In this document: in pieces, positions 54,268 to 63,338 of the stretch
Layout: the number at the start of each line of letters is the position of its first letter
Position numbering within the stretch: the stretch's first letter is position 1
Notes under the pieces: model-generated
Database searches by the model: none
What the model was told of the DNA's origin: nothing
What the model saw: the letters and a program-made list of their open reading frames with translations, nothing else
Program-made: the position numbers and the translations under genes
Origin: a virus
Lineage: Duplodnaviria; Caudoviricetes
Length of the DNA: 64,000 bases
IMG/VR virus record: IMGVR_UViG_3300028549_001457
Coordinates: 192,001 to 256,000 of that record
Direction: 5' to 3' (one strand)

Positions 54268-54939
54268 ATGGAGCAACTCATGCCACAAAACCTATGGACT
54301 TCCGACATTTTAAAGCGTTCTGGCCACCAAATGAATCAGGACATTTTACGAGCCTTTCATGAATACTGTTCTGGGGGTAAAAAACCCCTCCCTATAAACC
54401 TCTTATCAGCGGCAACCTTCTCTGCATTAGTGTTAGCCAACTTAAATCCAGACACGAAGAAGAGGGATCTTATGTATTATCTTCTTCAGCAAGCCGCCCA
54501 TCCCAAAACGTATAAGAAACTTAAAGTTTTTAAATGGACCCCGGTTCAGTCTATTCTGGGTGCCTACGCCGATTTGAAAACTAAGGACTATAACCCATCT
54601 TTGTCTAGACTAGTGGATCTTCAAAAAGAGCGCCTATCTTTAGTTAGCCCATCATGGGGGTCTCTGGTTCCGGATAAAATTTATGCCCTAGCTCAGTTTG
54701 GAGGACTACCTACAGCACATCTAGACAAGCTTATTCTACCGTTTAGTCGCCAAACTCAGCTTGCATTTGCTGTGTATACAGGTGTTGAGATTAAGGGTCA
54801 GCCCAAGCTTATACATCATGAGTATCTCCGTCAGTTCTGTGCTTCGTGGGGCCATAATACGGGAACGCCAGATGCCAGCCCTCTCGACGTCAATTCAGGC
54901 CTGCATATCTATGGGGAGTCCGAGTTACGGGAAGAATAG
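54268..54939 (+). CDS. hypothetical protein
   Basis: 223-aa ORF. Confidence 0.6.
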   Translation: MEQLMPQNLWTSDILKRSGHQMNQDILRAFHEYCSGGKKPLPINLLSAATFSALVLANLNPDTKKRDLMYYLLQQAAHPKTYKKLKVFKWTPVQSILGAYADLKTKDYNPSLSRLVDLQKERLSLVSPSWGSLVPDKIYALAQFGGLPTAHLDKLILPFSRQTQLAFAVYTGVEIKGQPKLIHHEYLRQFCASWGHNTGTPDASPLDVNSGLHIYGESELREE

Positions 54940-54996
54940 TTAGATTTTTCCATTAAACCCAACGTATCTTGGGTGTCCACAGTTTTGGAGATTCCA

Positions 54997-55256
54997 TGAA
55001 GCATCATCCTGATTGTTTTTCTACTGATGAAGATGGTCCACCCTGCACCTGTGGGTTGGATAGCCTCCACCTCCGTATTGCAGAACTTGAGGCGGCTGGG
55101 ACACAAACCGCAATCAACCTGATCTCCCAACTTGAAACCAATAACCAGGAACTCATCGCTCACAACGCTAAGTTGGAGTCTTTGCTTCTTACTATTCAGC
55201 GAAATTGTGCGCTACCTTCACCACTTTCGGCTCAAATCTACAAGCTAATACCTTAA
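54997..55256 (+). CDS. coiled-coil hypothetical protein (MKHHPDC...CTCG)
   Basis: GGAG RBS; downstream of the promoter copy at 54940; start approximate. Confidence 0.55.
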
Positions 55257-55421
55257 GTCCTAAATTTATAATATCTACCCGGTGACGAACCGCATGTCAT
55301 CCATAGCCGCAGAGCCGGGGTCGAACAGATTGAGCGGGGGGTGTGACGGGCGGGAACAGACCGCCGAACGTTTCTGGGCAAAAGCCAGAGTCCCCACCAT
55401 TTTCATAAGTTTGGAGTTCTC

Positions 55422-56090
55422 ATGAGTGTAATCTGTCCAGTTTGCCTAGGCAACATTGATTCTCCAGGGGTAGATCTCCCCCAAGATCGCTGCACCTGTG
55501 GCCCTAAAGTAGTCGCCCTGATTAGGGAGAAGGACGCAGCCATTAAGAGGCATGATGAACTAGTTGAAATTATGCAGAAAACACATAATAAAAATGAATC
55601 AATTCGTAGAAAACTCATGGAACTGCAAGCATACACACCCATCCAAAAGTTTAATATTGGTATAATTAGACAGGGAGCCCCTATAGTCAATACGAATAAT
55701 GTTGATATTATCCGCCAAGGGGCTGGGTTCATTGCCGTAGAAATTGATATGCATACCAAGTGGTGTTTTATAGACTCGACTTTTTCAGGCAGCGAAGGTC
55801 AATTGGGGTTTTCTATCAGTGCAACAGATAGAAGCTGCCATCTTCAAGAAAATACAGATAAAGAGGATTGGACTGAAGTGGTCATTGAAGACTTCAAATC
55901 CAGTGAATGGGCCATCTTCACTGTAGATTGTTGTAGGTATACTGTTAGATTGGTCCTTCTCCAATACCCTCAAGTGGTGAAACCAGAACTAGAAGACATT
56001 CGCAAAATATTCAATACATCAATGGATTCGGCTGTTGATTCAGTCCGAAGAATATTCGATATTATCCATCAACCAGAGGGGGAACTGTGA
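55422..56090 (+). CDS. hypothetical protein
   Basis: 222 aa with CPVC...CTCG N-terminus. Confidence 0.65.
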   Translation: MSVICPVCLGNIDSPGVDLPQDRCTCGPKVVALIREKDAAIKRHDELVEIMQKTHNKNESIRRKLMELQAYTPIQKFNIGIIRQGAPIVNTNNVDIIRQGAGFIAVEIDMHTKWCFIDSTFSGSEGQLGFSISATDRSCHLQENTDKEDWTEVVIEDFKSSEWAIFTVDCCRYTVRLVLLQYPQVVKPELEDIRKIFNTSMDSAVDSVRRIFDIIHQPEGEL

Positions 56091-56422
56091 GTATCTCAAG
56101 TTCTAGTTATGCAAGTTACTCAGAGAGCGTCCGTGTTAAATGGGCTAAAGAATTGCGTGATGCATACATTTTGCGAGATTGGGCTGCTGTTGAAGCGCTC
56201 CTCACCAAACTTGAAACCCCGACATTTAGTGAATAAATACCCATAGTAGGGACTTATAATGAAACGCATCTGGCAATGGATTCTGTTCGGGACGATCACG
56301 GAACACATCACAGCCCACGTAGCTGATCACGTTGTCTCTGAAATCGAATACCGAGGACGCGGAGGGAAGGTGGTGGGCTATTGGGCTTACGGATCTTTCG
56401 ATCCTAATTATCCGTATCAAGG

Positions 56423-56719
56423 ATGACCATGACTACGAAACGATATAGACCCCACCCATTTAAACCCGGCGTCCTGGAGGTCTATTGGGGCGTGATGAAA
56501 TATGAACCTGAGCCCACCATCATATACCATCGGGGGGATGGGTGTGCAAGACCAGACGGGCACCTTCTAGCTTCTGTGTTTGGGTGCAAGCGAGAGCGCA
56601 TGGATTGGGGGCTTGGGCATACCGTCCATGATCCCAGCTTCCTGGAGGAACTAGAAGCGAGGGGCTATGACTTGACTACACTTAAATTCAGCATTAAGAA
56701 GAAGCAATCCCCCGAGTGA
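56423..56719 (+). CDS. conserved phage hypothetical protein
   Basis: 98 aa, ELEARGYDLTTLKFSI. Confidence 0.65.
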   Translation: MTMTTKRYRPHPFKPGVLEVYWGVMKYEPEPTIIYHRGDGCARPDGHLLASVFGCKRERMDWGLGHTVHDPSFLEELEARGYDLTTLKFSIKKKQSPE

Positions 56720-56896
56720 GGCCATGATAGCTGCATATATCTACCAGACCACTGTGCCAATTCGGATCACTCCAGAGGATGCCTTCCGCGCAGGTAAACT
56801 ATTGGGGAAATCCCCTCTATATTTCTTACACTTACTTGAACATTACCCCATCACCACGACACCCTTACCCTATTATGGTGCCTAGGGAGGTAGCTA

Positions 56897-57112
56897 ATGA
56901 TTGCTAAAGAGTCCTGTCCAAATGAATCCTGTAGAGGAACTTTGCACAAGTTCCATACTACTGATTGGTGGGAGTGTGATCACTGTCATTGGAAGGGGAC
57001 CACTTCCGAAATTTTGGTTGTGAAAGCTCCCCCAATTTCTAAGCAGAAGCCATTGTCATTGGATTTTTTGGATAGCCCACCCGTATCTAGGGCATGGGGG
57101 ACCAGTGACTAA
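56897..57112 (+). CDS. small Zn-ribbon protein
   Basis: CPNESC...CDHC, GGAGGT RBS. Confidence 0.6.
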   Translation: MIAKESCPNESCRGTLHKFHTTDWWECDHCHWKGTTSEILVVKAPPISKQKPLSLDFLDSPPVSRAWGTSD

Positions 57113-59654
57113 CTCCGTAGAACGTATCCTGGCTGTGACCGATATGATGGCATCAGTTCAGGCGGCTTCCCCTGGGGAGAAGGATGCAACGGGTTTCAGT
57201 AATGCTGATTTTCCGCTTGGAATGGTTCTATCCGTGACAGGGGACGTAGAGAAATCTGCGGCCCTGCTTTGGCTCTACACGGGTCAGGCTGAGGGGCACG
57301 GGATCTTGAAAGCGGATCTTTTGGAGCATTTGCCGGAAGATTTCGATGGGAGTAGGGCTTCCGCTAGAACCATTCTCAATGATGCCCGAACTAATCTTGA
57401 GGGCAAGCTAGGCTTCGTTGCTACTGAGTCTGGGGTGATTTTTAATGGGGTTCGTCTTGGCCTTGAGACCACTCGTTCCTTGAAACGGCTGGGTGCTACC
57501 AGAACCTCTACGGGATGGTTGCTAGCTAACTCTCGGGTGCAGGAGGCTACCCGTGTCCTTGGTGCAACCATTCTCCATGCTGAAGCTCTGGAATCAATTA
57601 TTGAGTCTTGCCCTCAGATGGTTATCCCTACTGGATCTCTTCCAGAAAAACAGAAGAATGGTATCACCTTTACTGTCTCAGAGAATACTGTCAGTTGGAC
57701 GTATTCTAGTGCCAACCCCCTGTTTGGACAGATTAAGGATATCGTGAAGAGTATTGGAGCGCGATACAATGGTGCGGGGGGTTGGGAAATGAAACCCGAG
57801 AATCTTTCCGTGCTAGCTCTGACCATGCTTGACCTCAACCTGGATAAGGTGGACACCTCTGCTCTGGAACCTTTTGTCACTTCGGACCCTGAAATTCAGG
57901 CTCTGAAAGAAGAAATTGCAACTAACTCTTTGCGCGTCAAGCTTACCAAGGTTGGTGAGAACAAGGTTAAGCTCTCCATTCGTAAGTATCAGGAGAATTT
58001 CATCAGCGTTTGTCGCAACGCACAGGGACGTTATGATGGTGCGGGTGGATGGGTGGTTGATCAAACCTCTATCCCAGCTATTGCGGCGTCTCTCGCAACC
58101 AATCCTCAGTTTGATACCTCTGCGCTGGATGCTTTCCTGCCTTCGGAAGCTGATCTTGAGCATCGCCTTGCTTCGGATTCTGCCATCCCCACCAAGACTC
58201 CCACAGGGTTTAGTCTTTTCCCCCATCAGGTTGATGATGTGGCCTTTTTGATCAAACCTGCGGCTGATGCCAAGGGCTGTTCCAAGTTGCTTGGCAATGA
58301 CATGGGGACGGGCAAGACCCTGTCAAGTCTAGTGGCTGCAAACTTTAAATGCCCAACCGGGCGTTTCCTGGTGGTCGTTCCTGCTGTAGCCAAGCTTAAC
58401 TGGGCTAAGGAAATCAAGAAGTGGATTGGTGCAGAGGAGAAGATTCAGGTGGTCGTTGGTCGCAGTGCGACACTGGACCCTGCGGCTCGTTGGACCATCA
58501 TCAATTATGACATCATCAGCTATTACAAAGACGCTCTTATGAGCGCAAAGTTTGATATCGCTATCCTTGATGAGTGCCATCAGATTAAGACCTATTCAAC
58601 CCAGAGAGCGGCTGCACTGATTCCTACGTTTAATCGCACCACGCAGACCATGGATAAGGCAATTCTTTCGAATATTCCTAATGTCTGGACGATGACCGGA
58701 ACCTTCATTATGAATAGAATGAAGGAACTCTTTACCACCCTTCGTGCTGTTGACCACCGATTGGGTCGGTCTAAGCGTCAATTTGAAGAACGCTACTGTG
58801 GCGGTGAGTCTCGCTATGTTGGTCATGGGCGCACGGTTTGGATGGCTAATGGTGCCTCCAACCTTCCCGAGTTGGCTTCTAAGTTGGCCCCCATCTATCG
58901 TAAAGTTATGAAGGTGGATGTTCTTAAGGACCTCCCCAATAAAATGCGTGATGACTTCCAGGTCGAAGTTTCCAACAAGGATTTGATGGAAATCCGTAGA
59001 CTGGAACGGGCTATTGAACTGGCCTTGGAAGGTGCTGACGAAGAGGACGAGGCTCCCTGCATCCTGCCTTACATTACGGAAATGAAGATTGCTACAGCTA
59101 GAATGAAGGTGGAAGCTACTCTGGCTGAGGCTGATGCTGTAGTTGACGCTGGGAACAAGGTGATTATTTTCACTGAGTATACTGATGTTTTGCAGAGTAT
59201 CCTTGAGCACTTCGGTGAAAAAGCTGTATATATTGATGGCTCCATCACGGGGGCTAAGCGGGAAGCTTCGGTAGAAGCCTTCCAAGACAACCCGGAAATC
59301 CGTGTTCTAGTAGGTAATATCAAGGCTTGCGGTGTGGCTATTACTCTGACTGCTGCCAGCCATGTTATCTTCAATGATAAGCCTTGGAACCCTGCTTTGG
59401 CTGCTCAGGCTGAAGATAGGGCCTACCGCATTGGTCAAACTAAGAGTGTTAACATCATTTATATGACCGCTCCTGGAACCTACGATGAGCAACTCTCTGC
59501 CAAACTCCTCGAAAAGTCCACTCTAGTCACTAACTGGGAGTCCATGACCGAGGCGGAAGTTCAAGCTTTGAACCCTCGCTCTGAAATGGAAGAGATTATT
59601 ACTTATATTCGTAGTAAGAGAGTTGGACTTCCTATATATTCTCACCGTATCTAG
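57105..59654 (+). CDS. SNF2/SWI2-family (HARP-like) helicase/translocase
   Basis: DMGTGKT, ILDECH, MTGT, KVIIF, HVIFND.PWNP...QAEDRAYRIGQ; three N-terminal G(A/Q)R(Y/T)..GGW repeats. Confidence 0.93.
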   Translation: MTNSVERILAVTDMMASVQAASPGEKDATGFSNADFPLGMVLSVTGDVEKSAALLWLYTGQAEGHGILKADLLEHLPEDFDGSRASARTILNDARTNLEGKLGFVATESGVIFNGVRLGLETTRSLKRLGATRTSTGWLLANSRVQEATRVLGATILHAEALESIIESCPQMVIPTGSLPEKQKNGITFTVSENTVSWTYSSANPLFGQIKDIVKSIGARYNGAGGWEMKPENLSVLALTMLDLNLDKVDTSALEPFVTSDPEIQALKEEIATNSLRVKLTKVGENKVKLSIRKYQENFISVCRNAQGRYDGAGGWVVDQTSIPAIAASLATNPQFDTSALDAFLPSEADLEHRLASDSAIPTKTPTGFSLFPHQVDDVAFLIKPAADAKGCSKLLGNDMGTGKTLSSLVAANFKCPTGRFLVVVPAVAKLNWAKEIKKWIGAEEKIQVVVGRSATLDPAARWTIINYDIISYYKDALMSAKFDIAILDECHQIKTYSTQRAAALIPTFNRTTQTMDKAILSNIPNVWTMTGTFIMNRMKELFTTLRAVDHRLGRSKRQFEERYCGGESRYVGHGRTVWMANGASNLPELASKLAPIYRKVMKVDVLKDLPNKMRDDFQVEVSNKDLMEIRRLERAIELALEGADEEDEAPCILPYITEMKIATARMKVEATLAEADAVVDAGNKVIIFTEYTDVLQSILEHFGEKAVYIDGSITGAKREASVEAFQDNPEIRVLVGNIKACGVAITLTAASHVIFNDKPWNPALAAQAEDRAYRIGQTKSVNIIYMTAPGTYDEQLSAKLLEKSTLVTNWESMTEAEVQALNPRSEMEEIITYIRSKRVGLPIYSHRI

Positions 59655-59688
59655 GTTAACGTAGAATTTGGCGGTAAAAGGAACTAGG

Positions 59689-60048
59689 ATGAAACTTAGG
59701 TATGTATCAAAATTCAAAAATATGCGCCGACCTTACTATGGGGTGGTTAGGCTGAATGGTCCTAGTGCCACCCTCTTCCTATTCAGTCTGCGGGTATCTC
59801 GACAATTGGATCGCGGAAAGATTGATCCCTCTACCCTCATGAACTTTCGCCGGGCTCTCATGCGAATTGTGGGTGCTGAAAAAGAATATGACGGGTATAT
59901 CTATTATCCTCTAGATTCTTTCAAGACTCTTGAGGATCTCGCGGGTCAGATCCATTATTGTTCTGACAGATGGTGCGCGGGGAGGGCTGCTTCGGTTATT
60001 GCAGCCATCAACCACCTTCTCGAAAAGGGGGCGTTTAGTGCTAATTGA
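59689..60048 (+). CDS. hypothetical protein
   Basis: ATG 59689 downstream of the promoter copy at 59623. Confidence 0.55.
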   Translation: MKLRYVSKFKNMRRPYYGVVRLNGPSATLFLFSLRVSRQLDRGKIDPSTLMNFRRALMRIVGAEKEYDGYIYYPLDSFKTLEDLAGQIHYCSDRWCAGRAASVIAAINHLLEKGAFSAN

Positions 60049-60161
60049 GGGTCTATGTCCTTCCGTGGAGATTTTTGGGGGTGGATCTATTCAAAGTGGT
60101 CGGGTAGACCCCTGGAGATTCCCCCCGCAAACCCACTTCCGCACACTCACCCTGTGCGCGG

Positions 60162-60197
60162 GTCTCACCACCTAAACAGTGGTGAGTGGATTGAAAC
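60162..60197 (+). repeat. solitary CRISPR-repeat-like unit 2, followed by (AAAC)5
   Basis: GTCTCACCACCTAAACAGTGGTGAGTGGATTGAAAC, 36 nt, 8-bp stem CTCACCAC/GTGGTGAG. Confidence 0.65.
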
Positions 60198-60253
60198 AAA
60201 CAAACAAACAAACAAACAAGCATCTTGAAACTACCCTCTAACAGGGAGGATCT

Positions 60254-60571
60254 GTGAATTCAATTACAACTCCAACGCTCAAGGATCTACCCCCACCTCC
60301 TGAAAAGAAACACCTCAGACAGTTCTCGATCTGGTCTGAAGGGTATATGGCTTCAGGGGATAGAGCCACCGCTCAATACCTTGGCACCTCCTGGGGAGAA
60401 ACTTTTGAGGAAGCTTGTCAAAATTTTGCAACTCCAGAAGTCCAAAAACACTATGGGAGCTTCACCCCAAATCCCCCTGCACTTTGGGGGTGTAGGCTCT
60501 ATGATAATGAAGTAGATGCTAGGCGATTTGAGCATCGGTATGGGTTCTCAGAAGATAAATCTGGCTGGTAG
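60254..60571 (+). CDS. conserved phage hypothetical protein
   Basis: GGGAGG RBS; IWSEGY.ASG...WGCRLYDNE.DAR. Confidence 0.7.
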   Translation: MNSITTPTLKDLPPPPEKKHLRQFSIWSEGYMASGDRATAQYLGTSWGETFEEACQNFATPEVQKHYGSFTPNPPALWGCRLYDNEVDARRFEHRYGFSEDKSGW

Positions 60572-60594
60572 GTGGCTCAAAAAAAGGAGACCTG

Positions 60595-60921
60595 ATGACA
60601 CTGTTTATTAGAGATTCCAAGAACAAAACTCTAATAGAGTTCGAAGCTATCAAGAGGGAAGGAGAACTCGAACCCTCTGCCTGTTTGGACGTTACAGGTT
60701 ATTCCCGCTTCCTAATCCTCCATTCTCCTAGGGAGCAAGATAAGATTATAGAAATATTTAATAACCTAGATGAAATTCGAGGATGGTATTACGAATGGTA
60801 TCTTACAAATAGATCCAGACCGAGACCAGAAAACAAAGACGAAATGAAAATCCTTATTAGTTCTTTCCTCCTAGATTCTGGAGTATATGAACTAGACGGT
60901 GTACACTTAGTAGAAGATTAG
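60595..60921 (+). CDS. hypothetical protein flanked by 22-bp direct repeats
   Basis: GATAAATCTGGCTGGTAGGTGG at 60554-60575 and 60922-60943; AAGGAG RBS. Confidence 0.7.
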   Translation: MTLFIRDSKNKTLIEFEAIKREGELEPSACLDVTGYSRFLILHSPREQDKIIEIFNNLDEIRGWYYEWYLTNRSRPRPENKDEMKILISSFLLDSGVYELDGVHLVED

Positions 60922-60956
60922 GATAAATCTGGCTGGTAGGTGGATCTTTTTCTGAG

Positions 60957-61829
60957 TTAGGTAGAATGCTTTTGTGTGCATCCTAGGGACCAACCCTCTT
61001 GTATGGCTTTTTTACTTTCGGAAATAGTTACCATCCTGTTCTGGATCCCGTTAGTGACCCATACCCTCCCTTTACTATGAACATTTGTAATAAAATTCCC
61101 TTTAAGCCTTCCGGGGGACCATCCCAGAGTCACCATTTCCTCAACTTGATCAGGCGGTATTAATTTATCTTTTCCATTAAAGTTCATCCATTGATGACCT
61201 TTAGAAGAACTAAACTTAAAAATACGGCCAAGGGACCATCCTAAACTTAAATACTTGGGGACATCCCCCTCAGGGACCCCTTTCTCAACCCCGTCCTTAT
61301 TAATTCTAACTTTATTCACCATATTTTTTGGCCCTGCACCCACAGGTTTAAGCTCTTTCCGGAGTAACCTAGGATCATTACTTTGGACTCTCATACAGTT
61401 ATTAGTAGCATCACGGACCACTAGTGTGCCTTTTATACTAGGATTCGGGCTACCCACTGATTTTTTGAGAATCTCAGTTCTTATATCCGCATACTTACTT
61501 GAAAAAATACGCGCTTCTGCTTCGGATAACGTAACTGAGTGTCGGGATAACATAAACCATAATCCATATGCGACTCCTCTATTAGTCGGGAATGCCCTGT
61601 AAAGATAGTAATGTGCCATGAAATGATTTTGTAGAGATAAACAAACCCTATTCCAAGGATTCTTACTTAATTTAGAAAACTCGGGCCACATACATCGTGG
61701 GAGAATATGGTGTTGTTCCCCCCCAGTTTCATAGTGTAGTTGAGTGGTAACTAAATTAATATATTTAGCCACCCAAACTACCTCATCTGAAGTATTAAGC
61801 AATAAGGCCTCTAATTCCTGATTTGTCAT
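60957..61829 (-). CDS. free-standing HNH homing endonuclease (MobE-like) with C-terminal W.(T/N)NG...GW..GR repeats
   Basis: EQHHILPR...NRVCLSLQNHFMAHYYL; inverted orientation. Confidence 0.75.
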   Translation of the reverse strand: MTNQELEALLLNTSDEVVWVAKYINLVTTQLHYETGGEQHHILPRCMWPEFSKLSKNPWNRVCLSLQNHFMAHYYLYRAFPTNRGVAYGLWFMLSRHSVTLSEAEARIFSSKYADIRTEILKKSVGSPNPSIKGTLVVRDATNNCMRVQSNDPRLLRKELKPVGAGPKNMVNKVRINKDGVEKGVPEGDVPKYLSLGWSLGRIFKFSSSKGHQWMNFNGKDKLIPPDQVEEMVTLGWSPGRLKGNFITNVHSKGRVWVTNGIQNRMVTISESKKAIQEGWSLGCTQKHST

Positions 61830-61907
61830 GAAGCACCCCCTAAAGGGAAAATGGGACTTGCTGTATCTTTGTGGGGATCTGATCGTATCTTAACTTTGGA
61901 GGTTACT

Positions 61908-62564
61908 ATGAACCCTACGATCAAGATTCCTTATGAATCCTGGCAATTTTTGTATCCCCCTCGTCCAGAAACAGCCGTATCTCCCGATGTTTTAACTGAT
62001 ATGGAACTCAAGGGTTGGATTGGGACCTATAAGATGAACGGAACTTGTAGTTTGATTGGGGTTAGCCCAACGGGTACTGTTCATACGCTCACGCGACATA
62101 ACACTCCCCATAAGATGTGGAGCCTTGGGAACAAGACCAAGGCTATTGCTGAGTTTGGGACCAGGGGCAAGTGGACCGTTTTTCTGGCTGAACTCCTGAA
62201 TGACAAGACCCCGCTTATCAAGGATACTCTGTATATTTTTGATATCCTGGTCAGTGATTCCATTCAACTCATCGGGACTACGTTTGATGAACGGCAGGAG
62301 TTCCTTAGGTCTATTCTCCCCCCTATGGAGAATAACGCACCCTCTCATACTGTGGTGGCCCCTGGGATCTGGCTTGCTAAAACTCTTAATGAAGGGTTCG
62401 CGGAGACATTTAGAGGCATCAAAGAGGCTGGGGATAAAGCTGTTGAGGGCCTCGTTTTGAAAAATCCCAAGGGCGCTCTTGACCTAATGTTTAGGACAGG
62501 GAATAATCAAGGTTGGAATCTTAAGGTGAGGGTTCCCTTACCACATAGCCATCAAGGTTTCTAA
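61908..62564 (+). CDS. minimal ATP-dependent ligase (adenylation domain only)
   Basis: YKMNG (I), AEL (III), YIFDIL (IIIa), EGLVLK (IV), LKVR (V); no OB-fold; GGAGGT RBS. Confidence 0.8.
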   Translation: MNPTIKIPYESWQFLYPPRPETAVSPDVLTDMELKGWIGTYKMNGTCSLIGVSPTGTVHTLTRHNTPHKMWSLGNKTKAIAEFGTRGKWTVFLAELLNDKTPLIKDTLYIFDILVSDSIQLIGTTFDERQEFLRSILPPMENNAPSHTVVAPGIWLAKTLNEGFAETFRGIKEAGDKAVEGLVLKNPKGALDLMFRTGNNQGWNLKVRVPLPHSHQGF

Positions 62565-62597
62565 AATTTAGTTTGTATATATTATCTGAGGAAGTAA

Positions 62598-62855
62598 ATG
62601 TGTAGCGTAAAAAAAGAATCGTGGGTAATCGTTCCGTCTGAGTGGGTCATTGCTAAGCCCACTAGAGGGCCTGATTTTGACACTGGGGATGAAGTTATTT
62701 TCCCATATACCCGAGAGCGTGGATACTTCTTGTGTGGATTCAGTGATGCAACTAAGGCTAAGTTGCATGAATATGGCCCCTTTAACTCTCTAAAAGACGT
62801 TGAAATTTTTGCAAGTTCCCATAATATATCTATCCAGGCAACTAGATGTTATTAA
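62598..62855 (+). CDS. hypothetical protein
   Basis: GAGG RBS, 85 aa. Confidence 0.55.
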   Translation: MCSVKKESWVIVPSEWVIAKPTRGPDFDTGDEVIFPYTRERGYFLCGFSDATKAKLHEYGPFNSLKDVEIFASSHNISIQATRCY

Positions 62856-63045
62856 CCCACAAATGGTAGCAGGAGTCCCTATGTTTCTTTGGGTCATCGA
62901 AATGTTTAATGCAGACAAGGCGCAATGGGAGCCCACTAACTGGGTTCATTGTAGTAGGACCCTGGCTAGGGAAGATAAGATAACTATTGATAACGAGAAC
63001 CCAAGATTTAAGTTCCGTATTCGAAAGTATATCGCAGAGTAGCCT

Positions 63046-63270
63046 ATGGACCCCCAGGAAAAAGCCATTTTTACTGAGTATTTCCTTACACATCCCTATG
63101 ACTGTGCCTTTGATTGCCAATATGAGGGCAGGCATCCTAGTTGTAAAGAATGCCAATTAATGGATAAAATCGTCCAAATTTTGGAGTTGCCACCTGAAGT
63201 GGTGCATGGGTATAAGTATCCCAACGTTTCAAGTGGAACTCCCGTTATCACAAAACTACACAAAATTTAA
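63046..63270 (+). CDS. hypothetical protein
   Basis: 74-aa Cys-containing ORF. Confidence 0.5.
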   Translation: MDPQEKAIFTEYFLTHPYDCAFDCQYEGRHPSCKECQLMDKIVQILELPPEVVHGYKYPNVSSGTPVITKLHKI

Positions 63271-63338
63271 GAGTCCTGTATTTTTATCTTTGAGGGGCCG
63301 TATTTAGATTAGGCCAATTGCCTGATCTTGGAGCCCCG

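Noticed and set aside
55270-55425. GC-rich segment as ncRNA or group II intron domain V
   Set aside because: Reads as a 43-aa ORF (55294-55425, containing ERFWAK like HNH N-termini) coupled to the next gene; no proper domain V stem.
8854-60231. CRISPR array or cas locus
   Set aside because: Only two isolated repeat-like units 51 kb apart, no regular spacing and no cas genes in the window; reported as solitary repeats instead.
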